Origin: Wolbachia endosymbiont of Dirofilaria (Dirofilaria) immitis
GTDB taxonomy: Bacteria > Pseudomonadota > Alphaproteobacteria > Rickettsiales > Anaplasmataceae
Assembly (NCBI RefSeq): GCF_013365455.1
Contig: NZ_CP046578.1
Coordinates: 480,001-512,000, forward strand
Reading direction: 5' to 3'
DNA length: 32,000 nucleotides
The notes under the pieces: model-generated
What the model saw: the letters and a program-made list of their open reading frames with translations, nothing else
Databases searched by the model: none
Told to the model about the DNA's origin: nothing
Translations under genes and position numbers: made by a program
In this document: positions 10,643 to 19,477 of the stretch, one piece after another
Layout: the number at the start of each line of letters is the position of its first letter
How positions within the stretch are numbered: position 1 is the first letter of the stretch

Positions 10643-10954
10643 TTACCTATTTTTTGAACTGTATTCACTTTGCGTATAGAAATGAAGAGAAATTGCATGT
10701 ATCAGCTCTATCTCACTTCTTAGTAACCCATAAATCAATCTATGACGTTTGAAGGTGCTCATTCCAACAAAGCTATTGGATATCAATATCAACCTAATAT
10801 GTGAAGGTAATGCTGAAGATGAAGCAAAATAGTGACCTGCATGCTCTACAGACTCATCGATAATATCAATATTAATCACATCTATTGAGTTTCTTATTTT
10901 TTCTTCTATTGTTTCAATGATACCCATACTATCAGAGTGCTGAACCTCATACAA
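10643..10954 (-). CDS. bolA: BolA-family protein
   Basis: 103 aa. The BolA signature is present: DES..HAGH ... FVGMSTFKRHRLIYGLL..E...IHAISLHFYT. The true start may be the internal Met (MGIIETIEEK). Confidence 0.8.
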   Translation of the reverse strand: MYEVQHSDSMGIIETIEEKIRNSIDVINIDIIDESVEHAGHYFASSSALPSHIRLILISNSFVGMSTFKRHRLIYGLLRSEIELIHAISLHFYTQSEYSSKNR

Positions 10955-10957
10955 AAG

Positions 10958-11345
10958 CTATTCAATAAAATCAGAACTTCGTATAGCATGACAAACTGCT
11001 ATAGCAAGTGCATCAGCAGCATGGTGACATTTTATATTTAAGTTGTCAACCACCTGACTCACCATAAACATAACTTAATCTTTATTAGCACGGTCATTTA
11101 CAGTTAGCTCCACCACTTCTAACACTAAAATTATGATCACTTCTAGATATCTTAAAGCCAGTGAAGATTTTGGATTTTTACTGACGAAAAAACTTCTACA
11201 CCTCAGCTTAGCTTGGAAAATATACAGTTTACTGCCGGTCAACATAGTGTCACTACCCAAAAATTTGATACTACTTCCTTCATTTAAATTGACACTAACC
11301 TACCAGTCTTATTTATTCCCGAATTAGACCTATTATTTTAACCAT
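10958..11345 (-). pseudogene. ruvC: Degraded Holliday-junction resolvase gene (ruvC pseudogene)
   Basis: The minus strand starts ATG GTT AAA ATA ATA GGT CTA (MVKIIGL) immediately after the coxC TAA. It then hits in-frame stops where the catalytic DPG should be. A frame shift recovers SGINKTG. The middle fragment reads FFVSKNPKSSLAL. The last 38 codons read MFMVSQVVDNLNIKCHHAADALAIAVCHA and end in a TAG at 10960-10958. Three frames are needed, there are multiple stops, and only 388 nt remain. Confidence 0.75.
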
Positions 11346-12173
11346 TTAACAAACACTTAACCAATACACAAACACAAATACAAATATCCAGATTATATCT
11401 ATAAAGTGCCAATACCAAGAGGCAAACTCAAAGCACAAATGATCTCGAGATGTAAATTGATCCCTCTGCGCTCTAAACAAACACACTAACAAGAATATTA
11501 TTCCTATTACAACATGCATGCAGTGAAACCCAGTAATTAAATAAAAATTGGATGCATAAATTAACTTTTCTCCTGTCTCTTGTAGAGAAAAACATGCCTC
11601 ATGATACTCTATTGCTTGCACTATTGTAAAAAATACCCCAAGCAGTATAGTTATGGACAACATTTTAACCGTGCTCTCTTTATCATCCTTAAGTAAAAAG
11701 TGGTGCGCAGAGGTAATTGTTGTACTAGAAAGTAATAACACTAATGTATTCATAAATGGCAATGACCACGGATTAAGCGGTAAAATCCCCTTAGGAGGCC
11801 ATTTAACTCTATCTGTAGGGGAAAATGCCTCAAACAAAAAAACTGGGTCGAGCCAAGCTTTAAAGAATGAACAAAAGAACACTGCAAAAAACATAATTTC
11901 TGAAAGGATAAATAAATACATTGCAACCTTGAGTCCATGCTTTACAATTGCAGTATGACATTTATCGTAAATGGCTTCTTTTATTACATCTTTCCACCAA
12001 CAAAACAACACTCCTGATATTGCAGAGATTCCTAAAACTAAACTAAATACTCCAGAAACTTGTTTACGGAACGTGCCAACCAACCCGAGTACAAAAACAA
12101 GAATTGCCGCTGATATAATAATTGGCCAAGGACTTGGATCCACTAAATGAAAATTATGCTCTTTACTTCCCAT
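11346..12173 (-). CDS. coxC: Cytochrome c oxidase subunit III
   Basis: The Cox3 N-terminal signature HNFHLVDPSPWPI is present, followed by 7 TM segments and the C-terminal WYWHFIDIIW motif. I place the start at the ATG at 12173 (MGSKEH...). The ORF-track TTG at 12197 overlaps the predicted -10 element. Confidence 0.92.
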   Translation of the reverse strand: MGSKEHNFHLVDPSPWPIIISAAILVFVLGLVGTFRKQVSGVFSLVLGISAISGVLFCWWKDVIKEAIYDKCHTAIVKHGLKVAMYLFILSEIMFFAVFFCSFFKAWLDPVFLFEAFSPTDRVKWPPKGILPLNPWSLPFMNTLVLLLSSTTITSAHHFLLKDDKESTVKMLSITILLGVFFTIVQAIEYHEACFSLQETGEKLIYASNFYLITGFHCMHVVIGIIFLLVCLFRAQRDQFTSRDHLCFEFASWYWHFIDIIWIFVFVFVYWLSVC

Positions 12174-12196
12174 ACTACTTTCAAAAATAAATACCA

Positions 12197-12224
12197 AGCA
12201 TATAAATTAGCTTTAAATTGTCAA
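12197..12224 (-). promoter_or_regulatory. Candidate sigma70 promoter for coxC: TTGACA, 16-nt spacer, TATGCT
   Basis: On the minus strand a perfect TTGACA lies at 12224-12219 and TATGCT at 12202-12197. This is 24 nt upstream of the ATG at 12173. Confidence 0.45.
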
Positions 12225-12376
12225 TGCTACTAGGGAATAAGTGATCAAATTTTAAGAAATTACATACGCTATTCTAAATAACTCAAGCATTTTTACTTCT
12301 CTCATTTCTACTTAGTTTTTTACAACATTCATCAATAGTATTTCTTAAAATGATACATCATTATATCTATTGTTTT

Positions 12377-12592
12377 TTAAAATCTACTTTCCACATTATT
12401 AATAACAGTCCTACACATTAATATGCAAAACCACAAAACTATTATAATACTCATAATACTCCATATATAAAGTAAATAAAAAATTAGCAAGGTTAAAATA
12501 GATAATGAGAGACTTCTTCGACATCCCAGATCACATACAGTAAAGTAGCAATCATAGAAAAATCTATTAGCAGCTACTAACCTTTGTATCAC
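12377..12592 (-). CDS. Hypothetical small membrane protein (71 aa, GTG start); weakly supported
   Basis: The support is ORF length and a hydrophobic C-terminal half (LSILTLLIFYLLYIWSIMSIIIVLWFCILM). I recognise no homology and see no clear RBS. It could be a chance ORF in the coxC-metK gap. Confidence 0.2.
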   Translation of the reverse strand: MIQRLVAANRFFYDCYFTVCDLGCRRSLSLSILTLLIFYLLYIWSIMSIIIVLWFCILMCRTVINNVESRF

Positions 12593-12703
12593 TTTAACAA
12601 TATAACTTTGAATTTTCTATATATAGCTAATTACACTCTTTAAAAGTTTAATCCATAGCAACTCTTAGTTATATTATTAAACATATAAAAATACTAAAAA
12701 ACA

Positions 12704-12711
12704 GGGGGGGG
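12704..12711. repeat. G8 homopolymer (C8 on the minus strand), followed by TGG
   Basis: Read directly from the sequence: acaGGGGGGGGtgg. It is the longest G/C homopolymer I saw in this AT-rich window. Confidence 0.9.
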
Positions 12712-13342
12712 TGGTTAATATGAATAACTCTATGTAAATTACAATCTGTGAGCTGCATTATAACATATTTCAAAACTCCATTTAGCTCTGCAGTCCTACT
12801 GTAAAAGAATTCTGACATGTTCTTTTTTTCACTATTATTATATTTTTTATATAGACTGTTCATGATTCTAGTCACATAATCAATATGGTATTTGCTACAT
12901 TGTACTAAAAAAAGGTCTATCTGTTTCTAATGTTTATTATTAACAACAGTGTTTCTTTCACAATACTACAAATAACTATTCATAGCATATGAAACATTGA
13001 TAAAATGCTGCTTAATCTTCAAGCAACAGAATTACGATATGTAATAACCAATAAAGCATGAGTGCACAGTACCTATTATATGATTATATAAAAAATCCTG
13101 CTAGCATGCTGGTAGTAGAATTTGAATTTTTTATAATTTGTTTGCTCATTTAATATTGAAAGGGTATTCTTTTATTTTATCAGACAAGATTTGATGATTC
13201 TCTTATAGTTCGTTATAGAATCCTTCCTTCATTCTGTTACACACTTTACCCTATAAATAAAAATTGCTGTTAATATAGTGCTACTATTATAAAATGTTAG
13301 TTATACTTTAATACCAAGCTAGCATATTAGCATTAAGTCAAA

Positions 13343-14524
13343 TTAAAAATTCTGGCAATCTAAAAAAATATCTTTGCTGTTCTCTATATTGAATTCTTTA
13401 CGAAGAGTGCTAGACAAACTTGTGTCTTCCCAAGAAAATTTACCATCTTCTCCTGATTTTTTACCGAAGTGTCCATAATAGGCCGTATATTTATATATAG
13501 GACGGTTAAGCGATAAATGTTTAATGATACCTTTGGTTGATAAATCTATATTATTTTCAATAAATTCTTTAACCCTTTTTTCATCTACCGTATTTGTACC
13601 AAATGTATCAATATAGAATGAAGTAGGTTTTGATATACCAATTGCATAAGAAAGCTGAACAAGACAACGCTCAGCTAAGCCCGCAAAGACAATATTTTTA
13701 GCAAGATATCTTGCCATATAGGCTGCAGATCTATCAACTTTTGTTGCATCTTTTCCAGAAAACGCTCCCCCACCGTGTGGAATATATCCTCCATAAGTAT
13801 CAACCATAATTTTTCGTCCAGTTAACCCACAATCGCCAGCTGGTCCACCAATAACAAACCTACCAGTCGGATTAACTAGGAGGTTCTCCTCAGGACACAT
13901 CCATCCTTTTGGTAAAGACGAAACTATATAAGGGTAAATTATTTCTCTTACTTTTAGCTGATCTAGGTTTTCTGGATGTTGTATTGAAACAACAATACTC
14001 TCAGCACGCACTGGAAGATTATTCTCATACACCAAAGTGATCTGCGATTTTGCATCTGGCCCAAGCTTCACTTTCCTAGCTGCATTCATAATATTTTTCA
14101 TAATCGAATGCGCATAAAAAATCGGTGCTGGCATGAGGCTTTCTGTCTCTGTTGTTGCATAACCATACATTACCCCCTGATCCCCAGCACCTTGATTCAC
14201 CCCTATTGCAATGTCATTTGATTGTTCATGCAATAATATATTCACCTTCACCTTTCTCCAGTGAAAGCCATCATGCTTATAACCAACACTCCTTATTATA
14301 CTCCTTGCAATATTTTCAATCCTGTAATTTTCAATACTAGGTCCAAACACTTCCCCTGCTATAATAACATTGTCTCTAGTAACTAAAGTTTCTATTGCAG
14401 TTCGCGAAGAAGAGTCAGCAAAAAGGTATTCATCAAGTATTGCATCTGAAATTTGATCTGCAACTTTATCTGGGTGACCAGCCGCAACTGATTCACTAGT
14501 TACAAATTTTTTATGTAAACTCAC
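13343..14524 (-). CDS. metK: S-adenosylmethionine synthetase
   Basis: 393 aa. MetK motifs are present: FVTSESVAAGHPDK, GAGDQGVMYGYA, GGGAFSGKDATKVDRSAAY. The start is a GTG at 14524. Confidence 0.95.
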   Translation of the reverse strand: MSLHKKFVTSESVAAGHPDKVADQISDAILDEYLFADSSSRTAIETLVTRDNVIIAGEVFGPSIENYRIENIARSIIRSVGYKHDGFHWRKVKVNILLHEQSNDIAIGVNQGAGDQGVMYGYATTETESLMPAPIFYAHSIMKNIMNAARKVKLGPDAKSQITLVYENNLPVRAESIVVSIQHPENLDQLKVREIIYPYIVSSLPKGWMCPEENLLVNPTGRFVIGGPAGDCGLTGRKIMVDTYGGYIPHGGGAFSGKDATKVDRSAAYMARYLAKNIVFAGLAERCLVQLSYAIGISKPTSFYIDTFGTNTVDEKRVKEFIENNIDLSTKGIIKHLSLNRPIYKYTAYYGHFGKKSGEDGKFSWEDTSLSSTLRKEFNIENSKDIFLDCQNF

Positions 14525-16243
14525 GCCTTAGATTTTCACTTGTACAACAAAAATTATCATAGAATAACATAGTTAGTAATCACTAAATGACAGACCTTAT
14601 AACTTATAATATAAAAAACCTCCTTACGCTTCTTGCTAATTTGATAAATTAGCTATACAGGTTACATTTACTATCTCTTATATACTTAAAGGCCTCTACC
14701 ATGTTGAGAACTAACAGAAAAACTAAACTAAATTTACAGAATAAAGTTTAACTAAGTCAACAAAAGATTTTTTGTTGTTACTAACTTTAATTAAACTCCA
14801 CTACAAGCAGGTAAAACTCAGGTGATCTTCGATAACTTGTAAGTAACACCTTATAAAGATACTACAGAATTTTCTTCCAGACGAAAAGTATTGTGCGCAT
14901 ATGCATAAGTGTTTTAATTTTTCTAAGTCTTTTGTATACGTCAAGAAAGTAAGTTAATAATGCTAAAAGTTGTTACACACCTAATACTGTGTGCTGTTAT
15001 GATGAGTTAAAGGTTCATAGATTTCTACAAGAGAAAAAAATAAATGCCGCCTATACTGAGTGATGTCAGCCATTGATGAACCTAAGGCTTCATACACAGA
15101 GCATCTCCTCAACCAAGAACTAAGTATATATAATAACACTGACAAAGATAGTCTAGATACCTTTATATTATATTGCTCAATGGCAATGTTTAAGGTTGTA
15201 AAACTTTTTATCAGAAAAGAAAAACATTAACTCTATTAGAAATAGTAAATTTTATATTATTACATTTTGCTGCTATAGAAGTAAATGTAGTGAAAGGTCA
15301 ATTGACACTGTCAGGAAGAGTCATTCAAATGTTGTAGCATTACTTTTTTTTCTCATAAGAGCTGTGTCCATACTATCAATACGCCCTAAAAAAGTAATAA
15401 GAAAGGTTTTTGCGTAGCATTTTAACGCAGATATAAAGTAGGTCTCTAACTTTACTTAAGCCATAAGATGCTCAATGAACTATCAAGTTGTACAGCTTGA
15501 AACCAAAAGCAATTTTACTATTCACTTAGTAATAAGTAATCACTTTGCTCCTATTTATAGAATATATCACAATAACTACACTTTTTGGCAGCAATTTCAG
15601 TATCCATCTCCAAATCTAACAATACTGGTTAACTTATAAAGTTATAGAAAAAAGGAGCAAAATTAGCACTAAAATTAATGTAAAAGGTGATAATATACCT
15701 TTACTTATCAACACCAATATACATTTTAGTAACAAAAAAACTCTAAGATCATCTCTTGCAATGCAGATATACACACCAAAGAAATTTTTATTAGTAAAAT
15801 CAACTTTAAAGAAATAACTAATTTTATAGTCAGCAAGTTCATTACTAATTTCTTATTAATAAATTCAACTAAGAAGTCAGTTATTCGAAAAAGCAGACAA
15901 TAAATTCGAACCCATCTAAATAACCTAACAGCAGATAGCTAGATCACTAGTATTTTTTGTCATACTATTTCACTTAATACTTGTTACTGAAATATTATAA
16001 CGTATCACTTCAAATCTGCAAAGTTTATGCTAACTTATAATTTCTAGATCTAAAAAAAAGAATAAAAAACAGGAAAATAGGACAAACCCAGTTTTATATG
16101 TGATATATCAGTCGCCAGCTTTATTGTATAATGAGTAGCAGCAGAAAAGAAAAAAGACAAATACCTTGAGGAGCAAAAATTGTTATTGAAGAGGTTTCGC
16201 ACTACACCAAATTATTTATAGGGAAAAATCCAAACAAAAAAGT

Positions 16244-16320
16244 TGGTGGGCCTGGGAAGAGTTGAACTTCCGACCTCACGCTTATCAGACGTGTGCTCTG
16301 ACCAGCTGAGCTACAGACCC
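16244..16320 (-). tRNA. tRNA-Ile (anticodon GAU), CCA encoded
   Basis: The minus strand reads GGGTCTG TA GCTC AGCTGGTCA GAGC A CACGT CTGATAA GCGTG AGGTC GGAAG TTCAACT CTTCC CAGGCCC A CCA. All four stems pair, with one G-U in the acceptor stem and one in the anticodon stem. The tRNA lies 9 nt downstream of rpmA and is not in an rRNA spacer. Confidence 0.93.
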
Positions 16321-16329
16321 CTGATTTAT

Positions 16330-16599
16330 CTAAGTTGAAACTTGTATATTGCTCATAGACAAAATATCAATAAAAGTCTTTCCACTTACTGATCTTCTAA
16401 ACTTGACCCAGCCTTCCACTTTAGCAAAAATCGTATGATCTTTACCCATACCAACATTTTTTCCGGGGTGAAATTTTGTTCCCCTTTGACGGACAATTAC
16501 ATTACCAGGAAAGACTTTCCCGTTTTTTTTTATTCCTAACCTACGGCCTGCAGAATTTCTACCATTACAGGAACTACCACTTGATTTTTTAGTAGCCAT
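16330..16599 (-). CDS. rpmA: 50S ribosomal protein L27
   Basis: 89 aa. The sequence [25 protein letters not shown]...[24 protein letters not shown] matches the L27 signature. Confidence 0.95.
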   Translation of the reverse strand: MATKKSSGSSCNGRNSAGRRLGIKKNGKVFPGNVIVRQRGTKFHPGKNVGMGKDHTIFAKVEGWVKFRRSVSGKTFIDILSMSNIQVST

Positions 16600-16609
16600 A
16601 TTTTACCTC

Positions 16610-16912
16610 TTACCTTTGAAGATTAATTTCACTGATACGAAGAACAGTTATATACTGTCTATGGCCAATTTTTCTACGATAATTTTTTCTTCTCTTTTTT
16701 TTGAAGACTATAATTTTTTCCCCTTTACGTTGCTCAAGCACTTTAGCTTTAACAGTAACATTCGGTGAATAAGACAAACCACTATCCGAAAAACAAATTA
16801 CTCTATTGATTTCTACCTCCTTTCCTTCCTCAGCCTTCAATTTTTCTATTTTTATCACGCTACCCCTTTTCACTAAGTACTGCTTTCCACCTGTCTCGAT
16901 TACCGCAAACAT
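16610..16912 (-). CDS. rplU: 50S ribosomal protein L21
   Basis: 100 aa. It has the L21 N-terminus MFAVIETGGKQYLV and a basic C-terminus. The order rplU-rpmA is conserved. Confidence 0.95.
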   Translation of the reverse strand: MFAVIETGGKQYLVKRGSVIKIEKLKAEEGKEVEINRVICFSDSGLSYSPNVTVKAKVLEQRKGEKIIVFKKKRRKNYRRKIGHRQYITVLRISEINLQR

Positions 16913-16942
16913 ATCAAATACACACTCTCACTACTAATTTTA

Positions 16943-16971
16943 ATAATAAAAGGTGCCATATATATTGTCAA
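16943..16971 (-). promoter_or_regulatory. Candidate sigma70 promoter for rplU-rpmA-tRNA-Ile: TTGACA, 17-nt spacer, TATTAT
   Basis: On the minus strand a perfect TTGACA lies at 16971-16966 and TATTAT at 16948-16943, with an exact 17-nt spacer. The -10 element ends 30 nt upstream of the rplU ATG at 16912. Confidence 0.55.
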
Positions 16972-17961
16972 GACAAATAACCCACCTGAAGTCACATCAA
17001 ACACCTCCAGTAGACACAACAGGGAACGTGCTACGAGTAAAGCAATTACCCCCAAAAGCTTTGATGATTATATTTAACAGCACAATATAACATGTCCACT
17101 TTTTTTGAAACTCCTTTTATATCTTTAACTCAGCCTAACACTTCCTTCAAAGGATCATTGAAATAATTGAACTTCTTGATCAACTTACTATTCCATTTCA
17201 CCTTTCCCAAAATTATCTCTCACTAAAATCCTTGATCCCTTTACCGCTAATTTTCCCGCCTTTTTACATCTTGTAAAATCTGTGCTTTACTTAGAGTAAA
17301 GCAGCATTACCCTCTTAATTACTATTCTATATCTTCTACCTTGTCTACACCCAAAAATTTACCTTTTATATCTATTCTCACAAACAAAATTTCCTCTCTT
17401 TAATTCCCTTCTTCACTTCGCACCACTCTCAGCTTCTCACTTTGTATTACATTAAATCTACTAGATCAAAAATCAATGCTTGTAGCAATAACAAAAATAC
17501 TTTGTTCCACTCTTGAACTTTTCACTACCATTGCTCTTTAAATAAGCGATAAAATATTTCACTAAGTAAACTTACCACTTTTTATTAATAAGCTATCTAT
17601 ATGGATTCTATATTCTTGTTTTGTATGTTCTTGCTTTATGTAAAGCTTCATACCGTTTCTTTATCTACTCTGTTTGACTCACTTCTTTTATAATATAAAA
17701 TAACATAATCAAAATCTGAAACCAGCTCAAATTCTGCAACTAAAAAAGTATATCTTTACCCATAGCACATGGAGAAATAGAACTAGCTGCATCATCTTGA
17801 TAGATGATACCAAAGACATTTTACCTACAGGTAGAGTAACTCTCAGATGCCTTCAATCTTACATAATCTTATGAATTATATTAATAAACTCACACATTCC
17901 AACACATAGATATAAGAACATAGACCTGAAACATTATAAGGTGTGTTGTTAACATAAAAGA

Positions 17962-19386
17962 TTAGTCATTTAATCTTTCACTCAAAATCAAATTCACAAC
18001 ATCAGGGTTAGCTTTTCCTTTAGTAAATTTCATAACTTCACCAACGAAAAATCCGTATAATTTTATCTTACCACTTTTATATTCTTGAACCTTATCTTGG
18101 TTATCATCAATAATCCTGCTGACAATCTCTGATATTTGCCTTTTATCAACTACTTGCCTTAAATCATATTCTTCTATAATAAGAGAAGCAGACTTACCAG
18201 TTTCAAACATAATATCAAAAACCCGCTTACCAAGTTTAGCAGATATTGTTCCATTAACAATAAAATCTAAAAGCTTCGATAAGGCATTTGCTTTAATTGG
18301 AGAGTTTGTGATATCAATGCTCGCTTTATTCAAACGACCAAAAAGTTCTACGGTTAACCAAGTAATTGCAAGCTTTAAATCGTGTTTTTTTATCAATTCT
18401 TCAAAGTAGTCAGCAATTGCTTTGTCAGAAATAATAACGTCCGCGTCATATTCATTGATACCTAATTCCCTAATATATCGCAGTTTTTTTTGATCTGGCA
18501 ATTCAGGTAAAGATAACTTAATAGAATCAATTCTGTCCTGGCTTATCTCAACAGGCAATAAATCAGGCTCAGGAAAATATCTATAGTCACTTGCATCCTC
18601 TTTGTTCCGCATTACCTTTGTTTCTCTTAAAGCAACATCAAATAACAAGGTATCTTGATTTACCCTTCCTCCACTCTCTAAAATCTCAATTTGTCTTTGT
18701 ATTTCATAGTCTATAGCTTGAATAATACAACGTATTGAATTCAGGTTTTTTATTTCACAACGAGTGCCAAATGCATCACTGCCTCTTGGACGTACAGAAA
18801 CATTTGCATCACAACGAAGTGACCCACTTTCCATGTCACCATCACATGAACCAATGTAACGCAAAATCTGCCTTAACTTTTTCATAAATTCTGCAGCTTC
18901 TGCAGATGACCTAAGATCTGGCTCTGAAACGATTTCCATTAAAGCAACCCCTGCACGATTTAGATCTACGTAAGTCTTACTTTTTCCATGAATGCTCCTT
19001 CCTGCATCTTGTTCTAAATGAATCCTTGCAACTCCTATTTCTTTTTCATTATTTTCGATAAAAATTTTGCCGTTCTTAACTATCGGCTCAAAAAACTGAG
19101 TTATCTGATAACCTTGCGGTAAATCAGGGTAAAAATAATTTTTCCGATCAAAATAGGAATACTTATTAATCTCTGCAGAAAGTGCAAGACCAGTGCGTAT
19201 TACCTGTTCTATAGAGTAATAATTTAGTATCGGTAATGTACCTGGCATTGCTGCATCAAACAGAGAAACCTGAGTATTATGCTCAGCACCAAACTTAGTT
19301 GATGAATTAGAAAATAGCTTTGCCTTAGAAGAAATTTGAGCATGCACCTCAAGCCCAATTACTGCTTCCCAATCCTCTTTTGACAT
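17962..19386 (-). CDS. gatB: Asp-tRNA(Asn)/Glu-tRNA(Gln) amidotransferase subunit B
   Basis: 474 aa. GatB motifs are present: [40 protein letters not shown], and the C-terminal YqeY-like domain. Confidence 0.95.
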   Translation of the reverse strand: MSKEDWEAVIGLEVHAQISSKAKLFSNSSTKFGAEHNTQVSLFDAAMPGTLPILNYYSIEQVIRTGLALSAEINKYSYFDRKNYFYPDLPQGYQITQFFEPIVKNGKIFIENNEKEIGVARIHLEQDAGRSIHGKSKTYVDLNRAGVALMEIVSEPDLRSSAEAAEFMKKLRQILRYIGSCDGDMESGSLRCDANVSVRPRGSDAFGTRCEIKNLNSIRCIIQAIDYEIQRQIEILESGGRVNQDTLLFDVALRETKVMRNKEDASDYRYFPEPDLLPVEISQDRIDSIKLSLPELPDQKKLRYIRELGINEYDADVIISDKAIADYFEELIKKHDLKLAITWLTVELFGRLNKASIDITNSPIKANALSKLLDFIVNGTISAKLGKRVFDIMFETGKSASLIIEEYDLRQVVDKRQISEIVSRIIDDNQDKVQEYKSGKIKLYGFFVGEVMKFTKGKANPDVVNLILSERLND

Positions 19387-19477
19387 GCACTTAACTTAAA
19401 TAGTAATTTGAATATTCTGCAAAATTAGCACAAAAAGTCAAAAATAAAACTCATGTTTTTATATTTCCATCTTAATT

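Noticed and set aside
11075-11327. ORF-track entries 11075..11260(-) and 11133..11327(+), considered as possible independent small genes.
   Set aside because: The minus-strand ORF is the middle fragment of the ruvC pseudogene (FFVSKNPKSSLAL...). The plus-strand ORF is its antisense shadow.
12669-12875. The 68-aa minus-strand ORF containing the C8 tract, considered as a phase-variable gene.
   Set aside because: Changing the tract by plus or minus 1 only alters the last few residues and does not open a longer frame. There is no homology and no RBS. The tract itself is reported as a finding, but the ORF is not called as a gene.
14618-14626. A perfect TAAGGAGGT on the minus strand, 94 nt upstream of the metK start.
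   Set aside because: No ATG, GTG or TTG lies within 5-12 nt downstream. My estimate of the chance expectation is about 0.2 per window, so it is not compelling on its own.
15063-15230. A 55-codon ATG-initiated ORF (MSAIDEPKASYTEHLLNQELSIYNNTDKDSLDTF...) is the longest I found in the 1.7-kb gap.
   Set aside because: Its length is within what is expected for random ORFs in a gap of this size and composition (a few are expected). There is no RBS and no recognisable motif.
15895-15925. The minus-strand GGGTTCGAAT, a T-loop-like motif, might indicate a missed tRNA or a tmRNA acceptor piece.
   Set aside because: The flanking bases cannot form a T stem (ATGGG versus TTATT), and I could not build an acceptor or anticodon stem. 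At most it is a decayed tRNA scrap.
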